A stretch of DNA of 62,799 bases, the filler included, from Desulfonatronovibrionaceae bacterium (GTDB lineage Bacteria > Desulfobacterota > Desulfovibrionia > Desulfovibrionales > Desulfonatronovibrionaceae), in NCBI GenBank assembly GCA_046539845.1. It is 4 parts of 4 records of this genome, joined end to end, with 100 filler letters (N's around TTAATTAATTAA, not from the genome) between each part and the next. Parts side by side here need not be neighbours in the genome. Positions count along the whole stretch, not along the records: positions 1 to 18,669 come from JBKHGE010000039.1; positions 18,770 to 37,281 come from JBKHGE010000040.1; 2 more parts are not named here. One strand, 5' to 3'. Below are positions 9,730 through 19,345 of this stretch, piece after piece (within the stretch, counting starts at the first letter, position 1; every line of letters starts with the position of its first letter). The translations under genes were made by a program, and so were the position numbers. Under the pieces are notes generated by a model. That model saw only the letters and a list, made by a program, of their open reading frames with translations. It was not told the origin of the DNA and made no database searches.

Positions 9730-12700
9730 CTATTTGGCAAAGATATTGACCGCTTTTTCCCGTTTCTTTTTGTGCGCCCTGGCCTCGGTAATGCGCACAC
9801 CGGCAGTGGGAAGTTCCTTAAGAAAACGGCTGGGATGCAGGCGCAGGGTCCGCCCGTAAAGTTTACGGGAAGCGGCGTGACTCAGAAAGAGTCTGCTTCT
9901 GGCCCGGGTCAGGGCCACGTATAAAAGTCTTCTCTCCTCTTTTTCATCCACTTCTCCGTTCTCCTCGCCCTTGCCCAGAAGCACATCCATGCTCTTCAAG
10001 GGAAGCAGGCCGTCCTCCAGGGCCGGGATGAAAACAGCCTCAAACTCCAGCCCTTTGGCCGCGTGCATGGTCATAACCCTTACTTTCTGGGCCTTTTCCC
10101 GCACCGCATCCAGCTCGTTTTCCAGGTGTACCTCGTTTAAGACCCCAGCCCAGCCCCCGTGGCGCTCGTAGGCCTCCTTCAGTCGGGCAAAGGCCCGGCC
10201 CTCCCAAAACATAAGATCAAAAGGTGGGATATCCCGAAGATATACTGCCAAGCCGGAAGGGCCCTCTGCCAATATCTTCTCCGGGCAGTCCAGGACATCC
10301 TCCTCCTCGGCCATACCCAGCATGCGGGCCGCTGTCCTCAGAATAAGGGCCACACGGGGCTCGCGAAAAAAGACTTCCTCCTCGGGCGTGGCGCAGGGCA
10401 CTCCGCTTCTTTTCATTGCCGCGGCTATTCCCGGGATAAGCGCCTTGAACCGGACCAGGACCGCCACCTCTCCCGGGGCCAAATACTCGGCATCGCTTTC
10501 GGCCATGTCCGCCTGCCAGTGGGCAGTACCCCCGATGAGTTCCTTGATACGGTCGGTTATCCAGCTGTTTTCCTGAAAATCAGTCTTGGCCTGAAAAAGC
10601 CTTACCTCCCCTTCGCGCTCCAGCCGGGGGTGCAAAGCTTCAGCAGCCGGAAAAAGAGAAACGGAATAGTCCAATATTTTCTGTGCGCTACGATAGTTTT
10701 CCTCCAAACCAACCACTTTTAGCCCGGGCCAGACCTCCTCCAAAAAGCCCCGGACATCCCTTTCCGCACCGCGAAAGGAATAAATGCTCTGTTTGGGATC
10801 GCCGATGGCGAAAAAACCGTGGCCGTTCTCCGGCACCAGCTGGGAGACAAGCTTAAGCTGCAAGCGGGAAAGATCCTGGACCTCGTCCACCAGAACATGG
10901 GTAAACGGCCGGATGTAATTCCCGCTCTCAATCTCCTGGCACCAGAAGTCCAAAAGGTCGGCATACTCCACCAGGCCGCGGTCCCTTTTCAGGCGGGTGA
11001 AGCGGTCCCCATAGTCGCCGGTGGTCCCCTGCCCCTCCCGGGCCAGGGTGTATCTTTCCCACTCCCGTTTGAATTCCTGACCCTTGAGTTCCGGATTGGC
11101 CCGGGCAAAAAGTTTTTTGGCCTCATCCTCGGCCAGGATGATCGGGGTCTCGTTATGCACCTGCTGCCAATATTCAAAGGCCATGGCGTGCAGGGTCTCG
11201 GCCTGGGGCACGGCTCTGTTGCCGGCCTCCGCGCCGAGCCGTTCCTTCATCTCTTTGGCCGCCCTGCGGGTAAAAGTGACCGCCAGGACCTGCCTGGGGC
11301 TCACCCCTTCCTGCATGAGCCTCTGGATGCGTCCCAAAAGGGTCTGGGTCTTGCCCGTTCCCGGCCCGGCCAAAACCAGGACCGGGCCGGGCCCCTTTTT
11401 CACCGCCTCCAGCTGACGAGGGTTTAAGACCGCTTCTTTTATCTCCTTTTCCTCTTTTAAGGCTGCGGCCGGGTTAACCGGCCCCGCTGACGCACCGGCA
11501 GCCTTCTCCGGAATTTCTCCCTTCAAATCGGCGAACATAGGGCCTTTGGTCATGGCCAGGCGCTCCTTGCGGGAAAAGACAGCGATGCGTCCGTACTGCC
11601 CGTCGAAACCGGGCAGGCGAATCACATTGTTCTTGCGCATTCTGGAGATGCCCTCGGCCACATACGATGACAAGCGGGCCAACTCCTCCCGGGGTACGCT
11701 GCGCAGGATATCCAGCTCGGAGCGGAATCTGGAGAGCATGCGGAAATACATGCCCCGGACCTTTTTACTCTTCGGTCCCGCTCCCAGGACCTCGGAGAGG
11801 ATCTCGCACAAGGGGATGAGAGAAGAAAAATCCGGATGCCCGGTCGGTTTTCTGGGCTCCTCCCGGTCGGCCAAAGAGAGGACCCGGTTCAGGACCCCCA
11901 CGGTCAGCTTTTTCCCGCACACCGGGCATATCCCGTTTGCAGCCCTTGTCTCCCTCGGATCCATGACCACTTTGCATTTGCGGTGGCCGTCCATATGATA
12001 CTTGCCTTCCTCAGGATAAAACTCCAGCGTTCCCAGAAACTTATGTCCCAAACCCTCCCGCCTGAGGGCCCGATATATGCCCTCGTATCCGGGCTCACCC
12101 TGGAATAAATTTGCCTCGCGGCAAATGTTCTCCCCGGAATGGGCATCGGAGTTGGAGATCAAAAAATACCTGTCCAGAGAGCTCCACATCCAGTTCATTT
12201 CCGGATCCGAGGAAAGACCGGTCTCCAGGGCGAAAATATGCCCGGTCAAGTCCCGGAAACAGTCGCCCAGGGAATCAAATCCGGACTTGGATCCGAACAC
12301 GGAGAACCAGGGGGTCCAGATATGGGCCGGCACCAGATAGGCCAACGGATCGGTCTCCAAGACTATTTCCAGCAGATCGCGACAGTCCAGGCCCAGGATA
12401 GGGCGGCCGTCCGCCTCAAGGTTGCCCACCTGGGCCAGCCTGCGGTTGAAATCCCGGACCTGATCCATGCCCGGCATGTACACCAGATTGTGCACCTTGC
12501 GCACCTTGCCCCCGCTTTTGTAGATGGAGCTTATCTCCGTGCCGAGCAGAAATCTGACCCGGGATTTCAATGTAAAATCCACTCCTGGAATCAGGGGACT
12601 CAGATCCGGGTCCCCCCGCAGCCGAAAAAGCCCGTTGGAGCAGGGCTCCAATTCCTGTTCGAGCATCTCCAGCCATCCCGGATGGGTGAAATCCGAGGTA

Positions 12701-12819
12701 GCCAGGATATCCACCCCCTTAAGCGTCCCCCAAGCAGCCAAAAGCGAGGGCGACAAACTCTTGCTTGTGGCCCGGGAGAAACGGGAATGTAAATGCAAAT
12801 CTGCTGTGAACTGTTCCAT
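9730..12819 (-). CDS. Endonuclease Q (PHP + zinc ribbon) fused to a compact UvrD/PcrA-type SF1 helicase
   Basis: N-terminal DLHLHSRFS, HIWTPWFS, ETGLSSD, NSDAHS, GKYH..GHRKC..CPVC. C-terminal GPGTGKT, DEVQD, GDPKQSIYSFRG, NYRS, TMHAAKGLEF, EERRLLYVALTRAR. ATG at 12819 follows GAGGGG and abuts the upstream stop. Confidence 0.88.
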   Translation of the reverse strand: MEQFTADLHLHSRFSRATSKSLSPSLLAAWGTLKGVDILATSDFTHPGWLEMLEQELEPCSNGLFRLRGDPDLSPLIPGVDFTLKSRVRFLLGTEISSIYKSGGKVRKVHNLVYMPGMDQVRDFNRRLAQVGNLEADGRPILGLDCRDLLEIVLETDPLAYLVPAHIWTPWFSVFGSKSGFDSLGDCFRDLTGHIFALETGLSSDPEMNWMWSSLDRYFLISNSDAHSGENICREANLFQGEPGYEGIYRALRREGLGHKFLGTLEFYPEEGKYHMDGHRKCKVVMDPRETRAANGICPVCGKKLTVGVLNRVLSLADREEPRKPTGHPDFSSLIPLCEILSEVLGAGPKSKKVRGMYFRMLSRFRSELDILRSVPREELARLSSYVAEGISRMRKNNVIRLPGFDGQYGRIAVFSRKERLAMTKGPMFADLKGEIPEKAAGASAGPVNPAAALKEEKEIKEAVLNPRQLEAVKKGPGPVLVLAGPGTGKTQTLLGRIQRLMQEGVSPRQVLAVTFTRRAAKEMKERLGAEAGNRAVPQAETLHAMAFEYWQQVHNETPIILAEDEAKKLFARANPELKGQEFKREWERYTLAREGQGTTGDYGDRFTRLKRDRGLVEYADLLDFWCQEIESGNYIRPFTHVLVDEVQDLSRLQLKLVSQLVPENGHGFFAIGDPKQSIYSFRGAERDVRGFLEEVWPGLKVVGLEENYRSAQKILDYSVSLFPAAEALHPRLEREGEVRLFQAKTDFQENSWITDRIKELIGGTAHWQADMAESDAEYLAPGEVAVLVRFKALIPGIAAAMKRSGVPCATPEEEVFFREPRVALILRTAARMLGMAEEEDVLDCPEKILAEGPSGLAVYLRDIPPFDLMFWEGRAFARLKEAYERHGGWAGVLNEVHLENELDAVREKAQKVRVMTMHAAKGLEFEAVFIPALEDGLLPLKSMDVLLGKGEENGEVDEKEERRLLYVALTRARSRLFLSHAASRKLYGRTLRLHPSRFLKELPTAGVRITEARAHKKKREKAVNIFAK

Positions 12820-12820
12820 T

Positions 12821-14452
12821 TCACCCCTCTGCTGCAGGCTCGGGTTTGTATATGATATAGGACTTAGCGCCCTTTGCCTCCCCGGTCTCAACCACGACGC
12901 GGGAGTCGTTTCTGGCGGCCAGACGCTGGGCTATGGACAGGCCCAGGCCGCTACCCTGCGGCTTGGTGGTAAAAAAAGGATCAAATATCCTGGCCTCGAT
13001 GTCCGGAGGTACGCCCGGGCCGTTGTCCCGGATCACAAGCGCCTCCCCCCCTTGCTTTGCGGACAATTTGATTCCGATTTCCGGGTGTTCCGCGGTGGTA
13101 CTCGCTGCCTGAGCCGCGTTCAGTAAGAGATTCAGCACCACCTGCTGCAGCTGGTCCGGATCCCATGCCCAGAAGACCTCCCGCACCCAAGGATCCACCT
13201 TGATATCCACTTGCGGGAACTGTCCCTGGACTATATTTCGGCTCCTATCCAGGACCTCAGCCAGGCGGACTGTTTCCTTTTGCGAGCCCTTGGGCCGGGC
13301 AAAGACCAGAAAGTCCCGCAGCAGGTTGTCCAGCCGTTCTATATCCCGTTCAACCACGTTATGCAAACGCCCGGCCGCTTTGGAATCCACGTTGTCCTGG
13401 CCGATAATCTGCAAAGCGGCTTTAATACCGGCCAGGGGATTTTTCATTTCATGGGCCAGTCCTGCAGCCAGCTCGCCGGTGGTAGCCAGCTTCTCCATCT
13501 CAAAGACCTGCCTCTGCAGCTTGCGCATCTCGGTAATATCAGAAAAAATGACCAAGTGTCCTTCCTGGGCTGGCAGACGGGATACGCGGACAGAAAAGAT
13601 CCGTCCGTCCTTGCAGCGCATCTCCCGCAGGAAGCTGTCTTTTTTTTCTTTATCCCAAAACGCGGCCAACTCGGGGAACACCTCCGCCAAGGGCCTTTTG
13701 ATCACGTTTTCCCTGGACAGGCCGGGGTCGGACTGCAGGGCCATACTGTTGACCGCGGAAATACGCTTCCCGGAATCAGTGACCACCAGGCCGGAGTCCA
13801 TCCAGTCAAAGACCTGCCTTTTGAGCCTCTCCGCCTCCTCCAAGGCCACCTCGTGCTGCAAAAGGCGCAACACCAAGTGCTCCTCCCGGCCCTTGCCCAT
13901 GCGGACCAAAAGCACGGTCAAAATAGTCCCCAGGGTCTGCAAAAACAGGATATACACGGTCTCGCCGCCAGAAAGCCCCCTGCCGGCCCACAGCCCGGGA
14001 AATTCAAACTGAATCCAGGCCGCGGCCATTAGAAAGACCAAAATGCCCAAGCCGGAATAAAAGGCGCTTTTAAAGCCCAGAGTCCGGCCGTACAAAAAGA
14101 CTATCCCCAGAAACAGAAAAACGAAATTGCTCCTTATCCCTCCGGTGAGAAAGACCAAAAAAGCGGTCAAAACCAAGTCGGTCACCAGCTGGAGGAGAAA
14201 AAACTGGCGCAGCCGCTGCCATTTTTTGCGGGTACTCAGATAAAAGATACTCGTTGTGAACCCGACCACAAGGAGCAGGCTGAACAGTATCCCGCGTTTG
14301 GGGACGAAATAGCCCTGCAGCTGGACGTTTTCGGTCCAGACCAAAGCCAGGGGAATCAACAGGAGGGAAAAAAGCAAAAGCCGGAACAGGCTGACCTTGG
14401 CCACCTGCCTGTCCAGGCCCTGAGCCAAATAGGAAGAATCAAGATAACCCAC
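12821..14452 (-). CDS. PilS-like membrane sensor histidine kinase (multi-TM, PAS, HisKA, HATPase)
   Basis: Several hydrophobic helices, LTGGIRSNF (PilS-like), LAHEMKNPL, QVVLNLLLNA, DNGPG, FDPFFTTK, GSGLGL. Probable GTG start at 14452 after AAGGAG. Confidence 0.8.
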   Translation of the reverse strand: MGYLDSSYLAQGLDRQVAKVSLFRLLLFSLLLIPLALVWTENVQLQGYFVPKRGILFSLLLVVGFTTSIFYLSTRKKWQRLRQFFLLQLVTDLVLTAFLVFLTGGIRSNFVFLFLGIVFLYGRTLGFKSAFYSGLGILVFLMAAAWIQFEFPGLWAGRGLSGGETVYILFLQTLGTILTVLLVRMGKGREEHLVLRLLQHEVALEEAERLKRQVFDWMDSGLVVTDSGKRISAVNSMALQSDPGLSRENVIKRPLAEVFPELAAFWDKEKKDSFLREMRCKDGRIFSVRVSRLPAQEGHLVIFSDITEMRKLQRQVFEMEKLATTGELAAGLAHEMKNPLAGIKAALQIIGQDNVDSKAAGRLHNVVERDIERLDNLLRDFLVFARPKGSQKETVRLAEVLDRSRNIVQGQFPQVDIKVDPWVREVFWAWDPDQLQQVVLNLLLNAAQAASTTAEHPEIGIKLSAKQGGEALVIRDNGPGVPPDIEARIFDPFFTTKPQGSGLGLSIAQRLAARNDSRVVVETGEAKGAKSYIIYKPEPAAEG

Positions 14453-15206
14453 AGTCCGAACCGTCTCCTTGCAGCTTGCCCAGGGCATGGGCAAGGGCCG
14501 GAAGAATCGCCTCCAGGTTCTCCCGGACTGCCCGGGGACTGCCGGGCAGATTAACGACAATACTCTGGCCGATCGTACCTGCAGCAGCCCGGGAGATCAT
14601 CCCGTGCGGGGTTTTCTCGCAGGAGGCCCGGGTCATCATCCGTTCCATCCCGGGCAGGCGCTTGTCCACCATCTCTGCGGTCACATCCGGGGTAATATCC
14701 CGTGGGGAGACCCCGGTCCCGCCGGTGGTAAGTATCAGATCCGCGCCCAGAAAAAGACACGCATGCCCCAGAAGGGCCCGCAAAAGGGACGGATCGTCCG
14801 GAAGGACAAATCCCCGAACAATGGACAGGTGGAGTTCGCGGCCCACAATCTCGGCAATAAGCGGCCCGCTTTTGTCCTCTCTTTGTCCGCTATAGCCCTT
14901 GTCGCTCAGTGTTATCCAAACCAGGCTGTACCCATCCCTGATCACGGACACCGGGAAACTGCCTTTAAGACTGCTTTGCTCCCGGGCATGGAAGGAAAAA
15001 AGACCTGCGCCGCCAGTTTCGAAAGAAGCCGGCCATTTTTTGTCCGTTAGCCGGAGACAGCCTTCGTCCCAAAAGATCAGGGAGCCGAGGCGCACATCCG
15101 CCCCCCCGGAATAGAAAAGCTCACCATCCAGGGTTCCCCGGGGAGGGATCCAGAGCTCATCTCCCGGCTCGAGGCTTGTTTCCCGCCCTTCGGCGTGTAT
15201 TTTCAT
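14439..15206 (-). CDS. mogA: MogA/MoaB family molybdopterin adenylyltransferase with N-terminal extension
   Basis: ITLSDKG...REDKSGP, ILTTGGTGVSPRDITP, ISRAAAG, NLPGSP. Confidence 0.85.
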   Translation of the reverse strand: MKIHAEGRETSLEPGDELWIPPRGTLDGELFYSGGADVRLGSLIFWDEGCLRLTDKKWPASFETGGAGLFSFHAREQSSLKGSFPVSVIRDGYSLVWITLSDKGYSGQREDKSGPLIAEIVGRELHLSIVRGFVLPDDPSLLRALLGHACLFLGADLILTTGGTGVSPRDITPDVTAEMVDKRLPGMERMMTRASCEKTPHGMISRAAAGTIGQSIVVNLPGSPRAVRENLEAILPALAHALGKLQGDGSDCGLS

Positions 15207-15223
15207 CTCCTTCTCCTTCGGGG

Positions 15224-15931
15224 TCAGGCCAAAAGGACCGCAAGTATTCCGGCCAGAAAAATACCATCAAATGTGCCCGCTCCGCCCACGGACAACACCG
15301 GGGCCTGAAGGTGCCGCATGGTGGCGGGATTGATAAGATGCAGTACATCCGCGCCTGCAAGGGTCCCCAAGCTCCCGGAAATATAGGCAACTTGAGCCTC
15401 CTGCCCGGACGGGGCAAAAATCCAAGTCGCCAGAACAGTCACCAGGGGCGGGATCAGAAAAGGTACACCAATGCCCACCCCCTGCACCGGCCGGGCCATT
15501 TTGTAAGTGACAAAACCAACTGCGAGCAGACACAGCAAAAGCCCGAGGCTGGGACCGATCTGGAAGATAAAATACCCGGATAAAAACACCGGAATAAAGG
15601 CCCCGCCAAAATTGACCGCAATCACCTGTTCGGCGGATTTGCTCTCCATCCGGTAGCGCGGGATCCGGTAATGCCCGAATATGCGGCCCATTTCCAGTTC
15701 TGATTCCTGCGGGCCGGAATAGGGTCTTTTGTACACCGGGATATTGACCATGCTCCCCAAAAGGGAGCCCATAAGGAGTAAAAATACCTGCCCGCCGGTA
15801 AGCCCCAGTTTGGCAAAAGCAATGGTTATGGCCCCCACCTGAATAAGGGCGAAGACAAACAGGATGAGCAGGAAAAGGACAATAAAAAAAAGAAGGAAAA
15901 AAGGCAGGAAAAAAAACGGATTGGGCAACAT
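15224..15931 (-). CDS. DUF1614 domain membrane protein
   Basis: GSMVNIP, IAVNFGGAFIP, ARPVQGVGIGVP, GTLAGADVLHL, SVGGAGTFDGIFLAG. Confidence 0.88.
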   Translation of the reverse strand: MLPNPFFFLPFFLLFFIVLFLLILFVFALIQVGAITIAFAKLGLTGGQVFLLLMGSLLGSMVNIPVYKRPYSGPQESELEMGRIFGHYRIPRYRMESKSAEQVIAVNFGGAFIPVFLSGYFIFQIGPSLGLLLCLLAVGFVTYKMARPVQGVGIGVPFLIPPLVTVLATWIFAPSGQEAQVAYISGSLGTLAGADVLHLINPATMRHLQAPVLSVGGAGTFDGIFLAGILAVLLA

Positions 15932-16087
15932 ATTCCCTCGATTGTTACGCTTACAGACAACACGCGGTCAGCCCGGCTCCAGGTTCTCCCTCCACCCGAG
16001 ACTCTGATGCCTATAGCAGACCAAAAGACCGATAACTGCAGGGTAGAAGGGGGGCGGACTTTTTGTCAAACCGCTGCCAAGGTCCTG

Positions 16088-16795
16088 TTACCCGCCTAAA
16101 TAGGCCTTGCCCACCTCCGGGTTTTCCAATAGAGATCGGGCCTCATCCTCCAAAACGATCCGGCCCACCTCCATAACATATGCCCTGTTGGCCAGTTTGA
16201 GAGCCGCTCTGGCGTTTTGTTCCACCAAAAGGATGGTCACGCCGCTGGCATTGATCTCCCGGATGGTCTCAAATATGGATTTAACCAAGATCGGGGCCAA
16301 GCCCAGACTGGGCTCGTCCAGAAGCAAAAGGTCCGGACTGGCCATAAGCGCCCTGGCTATGGCCAGCATCTGCTGCTCACCGCCGGAAAGAGTGCCGGCG
16401 AGCTGTTTGCGCCTCTCCTTAAGACGGGGAAAAAGGGAAAAAATCCACTCCTGATTTTTGGACACCACCTGGCGGTCTTTGAGGATAAAGGCCCCCAGAT
16501 CCAAATTTTCCTGGACCGTCAGGGTGCCGAACACCCTGCGGCCTTCCGGGACCTGGGTTATGCCCATTTCTACGATCCGGTGTGCCTGGATTCGGTTCAA
16601 TTCCTGATCCTGGAAATATATAGAGCCGCCCGAGGGCGTAAGCAGGCCGCTGACCGTCATCAGGGTGGTGGACTTCCCGGCCCCGTTGGCCCCGAGGATG
16701 GTGACTATCTCCCCTTTGTCCACTTGCAGATCTATTCCGTGCAGGGCCTCAACATTCCCGTAATGGACATGCAGGCCCTCGACCTTAAGCAGCAT
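16088..16795 (-). CDS. livF: Branched-chain amino acid ABC transporter ATP-binding protein
   Basis: GANGAGKST, VPEGRRVF, LSGGEQQMLAIARAL, DEPSLGLAP, LVEQNA. Confidence 0.95.
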   Translation of the reverse strand: MLLKVEGLHVHYGNVEALHGIDLQVDKGEIVTILGANGAGKSTTLMTVSGLLTPSGGSIYFQDQELNRIQAHRIVEMGITQVPEGRRVFGTLTVQENLDLGAFILKDRQVVSKNQEWIFSLFPRLKERRKQLAGTLSGGEQQMLAIARALMASPDLLLLDEPSLGLAPILVKSIFETIREINASGVTILLVEQNARAALKLANRAYVMEVGRIVLEDEARSLLENPEVGKAYLGG

Positions 16796-16797
16796 AA

Positions 16798-17562
16798 TCA
16801 GTCCTCGTCCATACCCAGATAGGCCTCGATGACCCTGGGGTTTTTCTGCACTTCTTCAGGTGTCCCCCGGGCGATCAGAGCACCGTGCTCAAGGACCACG
16901 ATCTGCTCGCAGATACGCATGACCAGAGACATATCATGCTCTATAAGCAGTACGGTTACCCCCCGGCGCTTTATCTCTTTTATCAGCCGGACCAGATCGC
17001 TCGTCTCCTGGGCATTCATCCCTCCGGCCGGTTCGTCCAGGATGAGCAGACTGGGCTGCGAGGCTAGGGCCCGGGCAATCTCCAGAAGGCGCTGGTTGCC
17101 GTAGGAAAGGTTTCTGGCCTTGTTTCCGGCCTGATCCGCAAGGCCGACAAAATCCAGCTCCTTAAGGGCCCGAGCCACAGCCTCCCTTTCCTCTTTTCTC
17201 TGTTTCGGAATGCGAAACATGGAGGCGAATATCCCGGATCGCATCCGGGGATGGCAGCCAGCCAGGACATTTTCGATTACCGGCATATTCGGAAACAAAC
17301 GGATGGTCTGAAAGGTGCGGGCGATCCCTTTGGCCACTATTTTGTACGTGGGCAGTCCGCGCAAAGAGTGGCCCTGAAAATATATCTCGCCGGTATCCGC
17401 CCGATAATTTCCGGTTATGAGGTTGAACACCGTGGTCTTTCCCGCCCCGTTGGGCCCGATCATACCCATGACCGAGCCCTCAAGCAGATCAAATCCGACA
17501 TCATTTACTGCCATGAGCCCACCAAAAGACTTGGACAGATTGGCCACGTGCAAAAGACTCAT
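16798..17562 (-). CDS. livG: Branched-chain amino acid ABC transporter ATP-binding protein
   Basis: GPNGAGKTT, ARTFQ, LSYGNQRLLEIARAL, DEPAGG, IEHDM, VIEAYLG. Confidence 0.95.
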   Translation of the reverse strand: MSLLHVANLSKSFGGLMAVNDVGFDLLEGSVMGMIGPNGAGKTTVFNLITGNYRADTGEIYFQGHSLRGLPTYKIVAKGIARTFQTIRLFPNMPVIENVLAGCHPRMRSGIFASMFRIPKQRKEEREAVARALKELDFVGLADQAGNKARNLSYGNQRLLEIARALASQPSLLILDEPAGGMNAQETSDLVRLIKEIKRRGVTVLLIEHDMSLVMRICEQIVVLEHGALIARGTPEEVQKNPRVIEAYLGMDED

Positions 17563-17965
17563 GAACGGGACTCCTTTTTCCGCCGTGTTTCCAGGTTATA
17601 CTTACGCGGCAGGGGGGACATAATCCCGGCCGGGCGGAAAATCATCATGGCCACCATTGCCGCCCCGAAAAAGAGCATGCGTGCACTGGCGAACTCACGG
17701 AAGACCTCCGGCAGTCCGGCTATTAAAAACGCCCCCAGAATAACCCCGGGAATGCTCCCGGATCCACCCAAGATAACAATGGTGAAATAGAGGACCGACT
17801 CCCAGAAAGTAAATGATTCCGGAGAGATAATGGTCATTTTCGAGGCATATATATTCCCGACCATGCCCGCCCAGAACGCACCCAGGACAAAGGCCACCAG
17901 CTTGTAGTGACTGGTGTTGATACCGTTTCCTTCTGCGGCCAGCTCATCCTCCTTGATATAATTAA
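17559..17965 (-). pseudogene. livM: 3' part of branched-chain amino acid ABC permease, interrupted by IS701-family element
   Basis: NYIKEDELAAEGNGINTSHYKLVAF...VILGGSGSIPG...FRPAGI is the LivM C-terminal half. Homology stops at TTAA 17962-17965, where AT-rich IS sequence begins. Confidence 0.85.
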
Positions 17966-18669
17966 CCCTACAACGCAATTTATGTTTTAATATCGTTACC
18001 CAGCAACTTTTTTCGTTTGTGCGATAAGTAAGCCCTGTGATTTTTGAGTTGTATCCATTTAATAAGCAAAAGAAGCCTTTCGGCGTCAAATACACGCATT
18101 GGCAAAACCGCTTTCAAAAGAACCCTAAGCTGCGACACTGTAATAGCTGGTGCTTTTTTTTCCCAATCTGATCTTTATGTGCCAGAGAAAAAAGTGCGCG
18201 AGCATGCAGGTTAAAATATGATGATGCCATCCTGGAAATTTTCTGACTTCATAGTGATCCATGCCAAGCTCTGTTTTGGCTTCCTCAAAACACTGCTCTA
18301 TGGACCATCGCAGGCCGCTGAGCCATACCAGAGTTTTCAGTCGCACGCTACTCGGAGCATTGGAGATAAAAAAAGAGTATTGCGGGTTCTTCTCAATGGT
18401 TCTGCGTATCAACAACCATACGGTTTTGTCCGGCAGGCCGTCTTTGGCAAGCACCACACGCCTTTTTGTAAACTCGTATTCAATCGGTCCCTTGGTGCCT
18501 TCAGAGACCCTGCGCCTGTACCAGAAAAAGTCGTTGAGGCTGGCAGCTATGCTTTTAAACGGCACAGGCTTGCCGGATTCATCGGCAAGAACCTTTTTTG
18601 TGCGCTTTTTGCCCTTGTAAGTATAGGTCTTCTTGATCGTGACCGGTTGCTTGAGCCAACATAAGGTGC
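17966..18669 (-). mobile_element. IS701-family insertion sequence, right part (truncated by contig end)
   Basis: Transposase C-terminus EGTKGP...WLLIRR...YSFFISNA...RWSIEQCFEEAKTELGMDHYEVRKFPGWHHH. The frame is open to the contig end at 18669. The element ends ...TTGCGTTGTAGGG next to a TTAA site. Confidence 0.85.
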
Positions 18670-18769
18670 NNNNNNNNNNNNNNNNNNNNNNNNNNNNNNN
18701 NNNNNNNNNNNNNTTAATTAATTAANNNNNNNNNNNNNNNNNNNNNNNNNNNNNNNNNNNNNNNNNNNN
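18670..18769. other. Artificial contig linker (N44-TTAATTAATTAA-N44)
   Basis: Runs of N around a six-frame stop sequence. Identical to the other two linkers. Confidence 0.98.
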
Positions 18770-18819
18770 GGACCGTTTAGGGGAGAAGGGCGGCCCGCTT
18801 CACGGGATAATTTAGTGAC

Positions 18820-19236
18820 TTATTCGCCGACTATCTTTATCAGTACCCGTTTGTCTCTGCGACCGTCGAATTCACCGTAGAAGATCTGTTCCCAGGGGCC
18901 GAGGTCCAAATCCCCGGCAGTGATGGCCACGACCACTTCCCGGCCCATGACCTGTCTTTTCATGTGCGCGTCCGCATTGTCCTCGCCTATATTGTGCCGG
19001 TAGGAGTTAACCGGTTCGTGCGGGGCCAATTTTTCCAGCCAGATTTTGTAGTCCTGGTGCAGGCCGGACTCATCGTCGTTGATGAATACAGACGCGGTGA
19101 TGTGCATGGCGTTTACCAGGACCAGGCCTTCTTTTACCCCGCTTTGGGTAATGGCCTCCCGGACCTTGGGGGTGATGTTTTTAAATCCCATTCTTTCCGG
19201 GATATGCATCCACATCTCCTGGCGAAAGCTTTTCAT
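18820..19236 (-). CDS. yjbQ: YjbQ/UPF0047 family protein (secondary thiamine-phosphate synthase)
   Basis: [37 protein letters not shown]. Confidence 0.92.
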   Translation of the reverse strand: MKSFRQEMWMHIPERMGFKNITPKVREAITQSGVKEGLVLVNAMHITASVFINDDESGLHQDYKIWLEKLAPHEPVNSYRHNIGEDNADAHMKRQVMGREVVVAITAGDLDLGPWEQIFYGEFDGRRDKRVLIKIVGE

Positions 19237-19345
19237 GAAGCCCCCTTTTTCTTGAGTTCATTTGCTAAATGACATATCCGTATTTCTTTTTTGCACGAAC
19301 ATATTTGCCTTTTTAAAACAAGTTTAAATTCAAAGGGGGGTCTGA

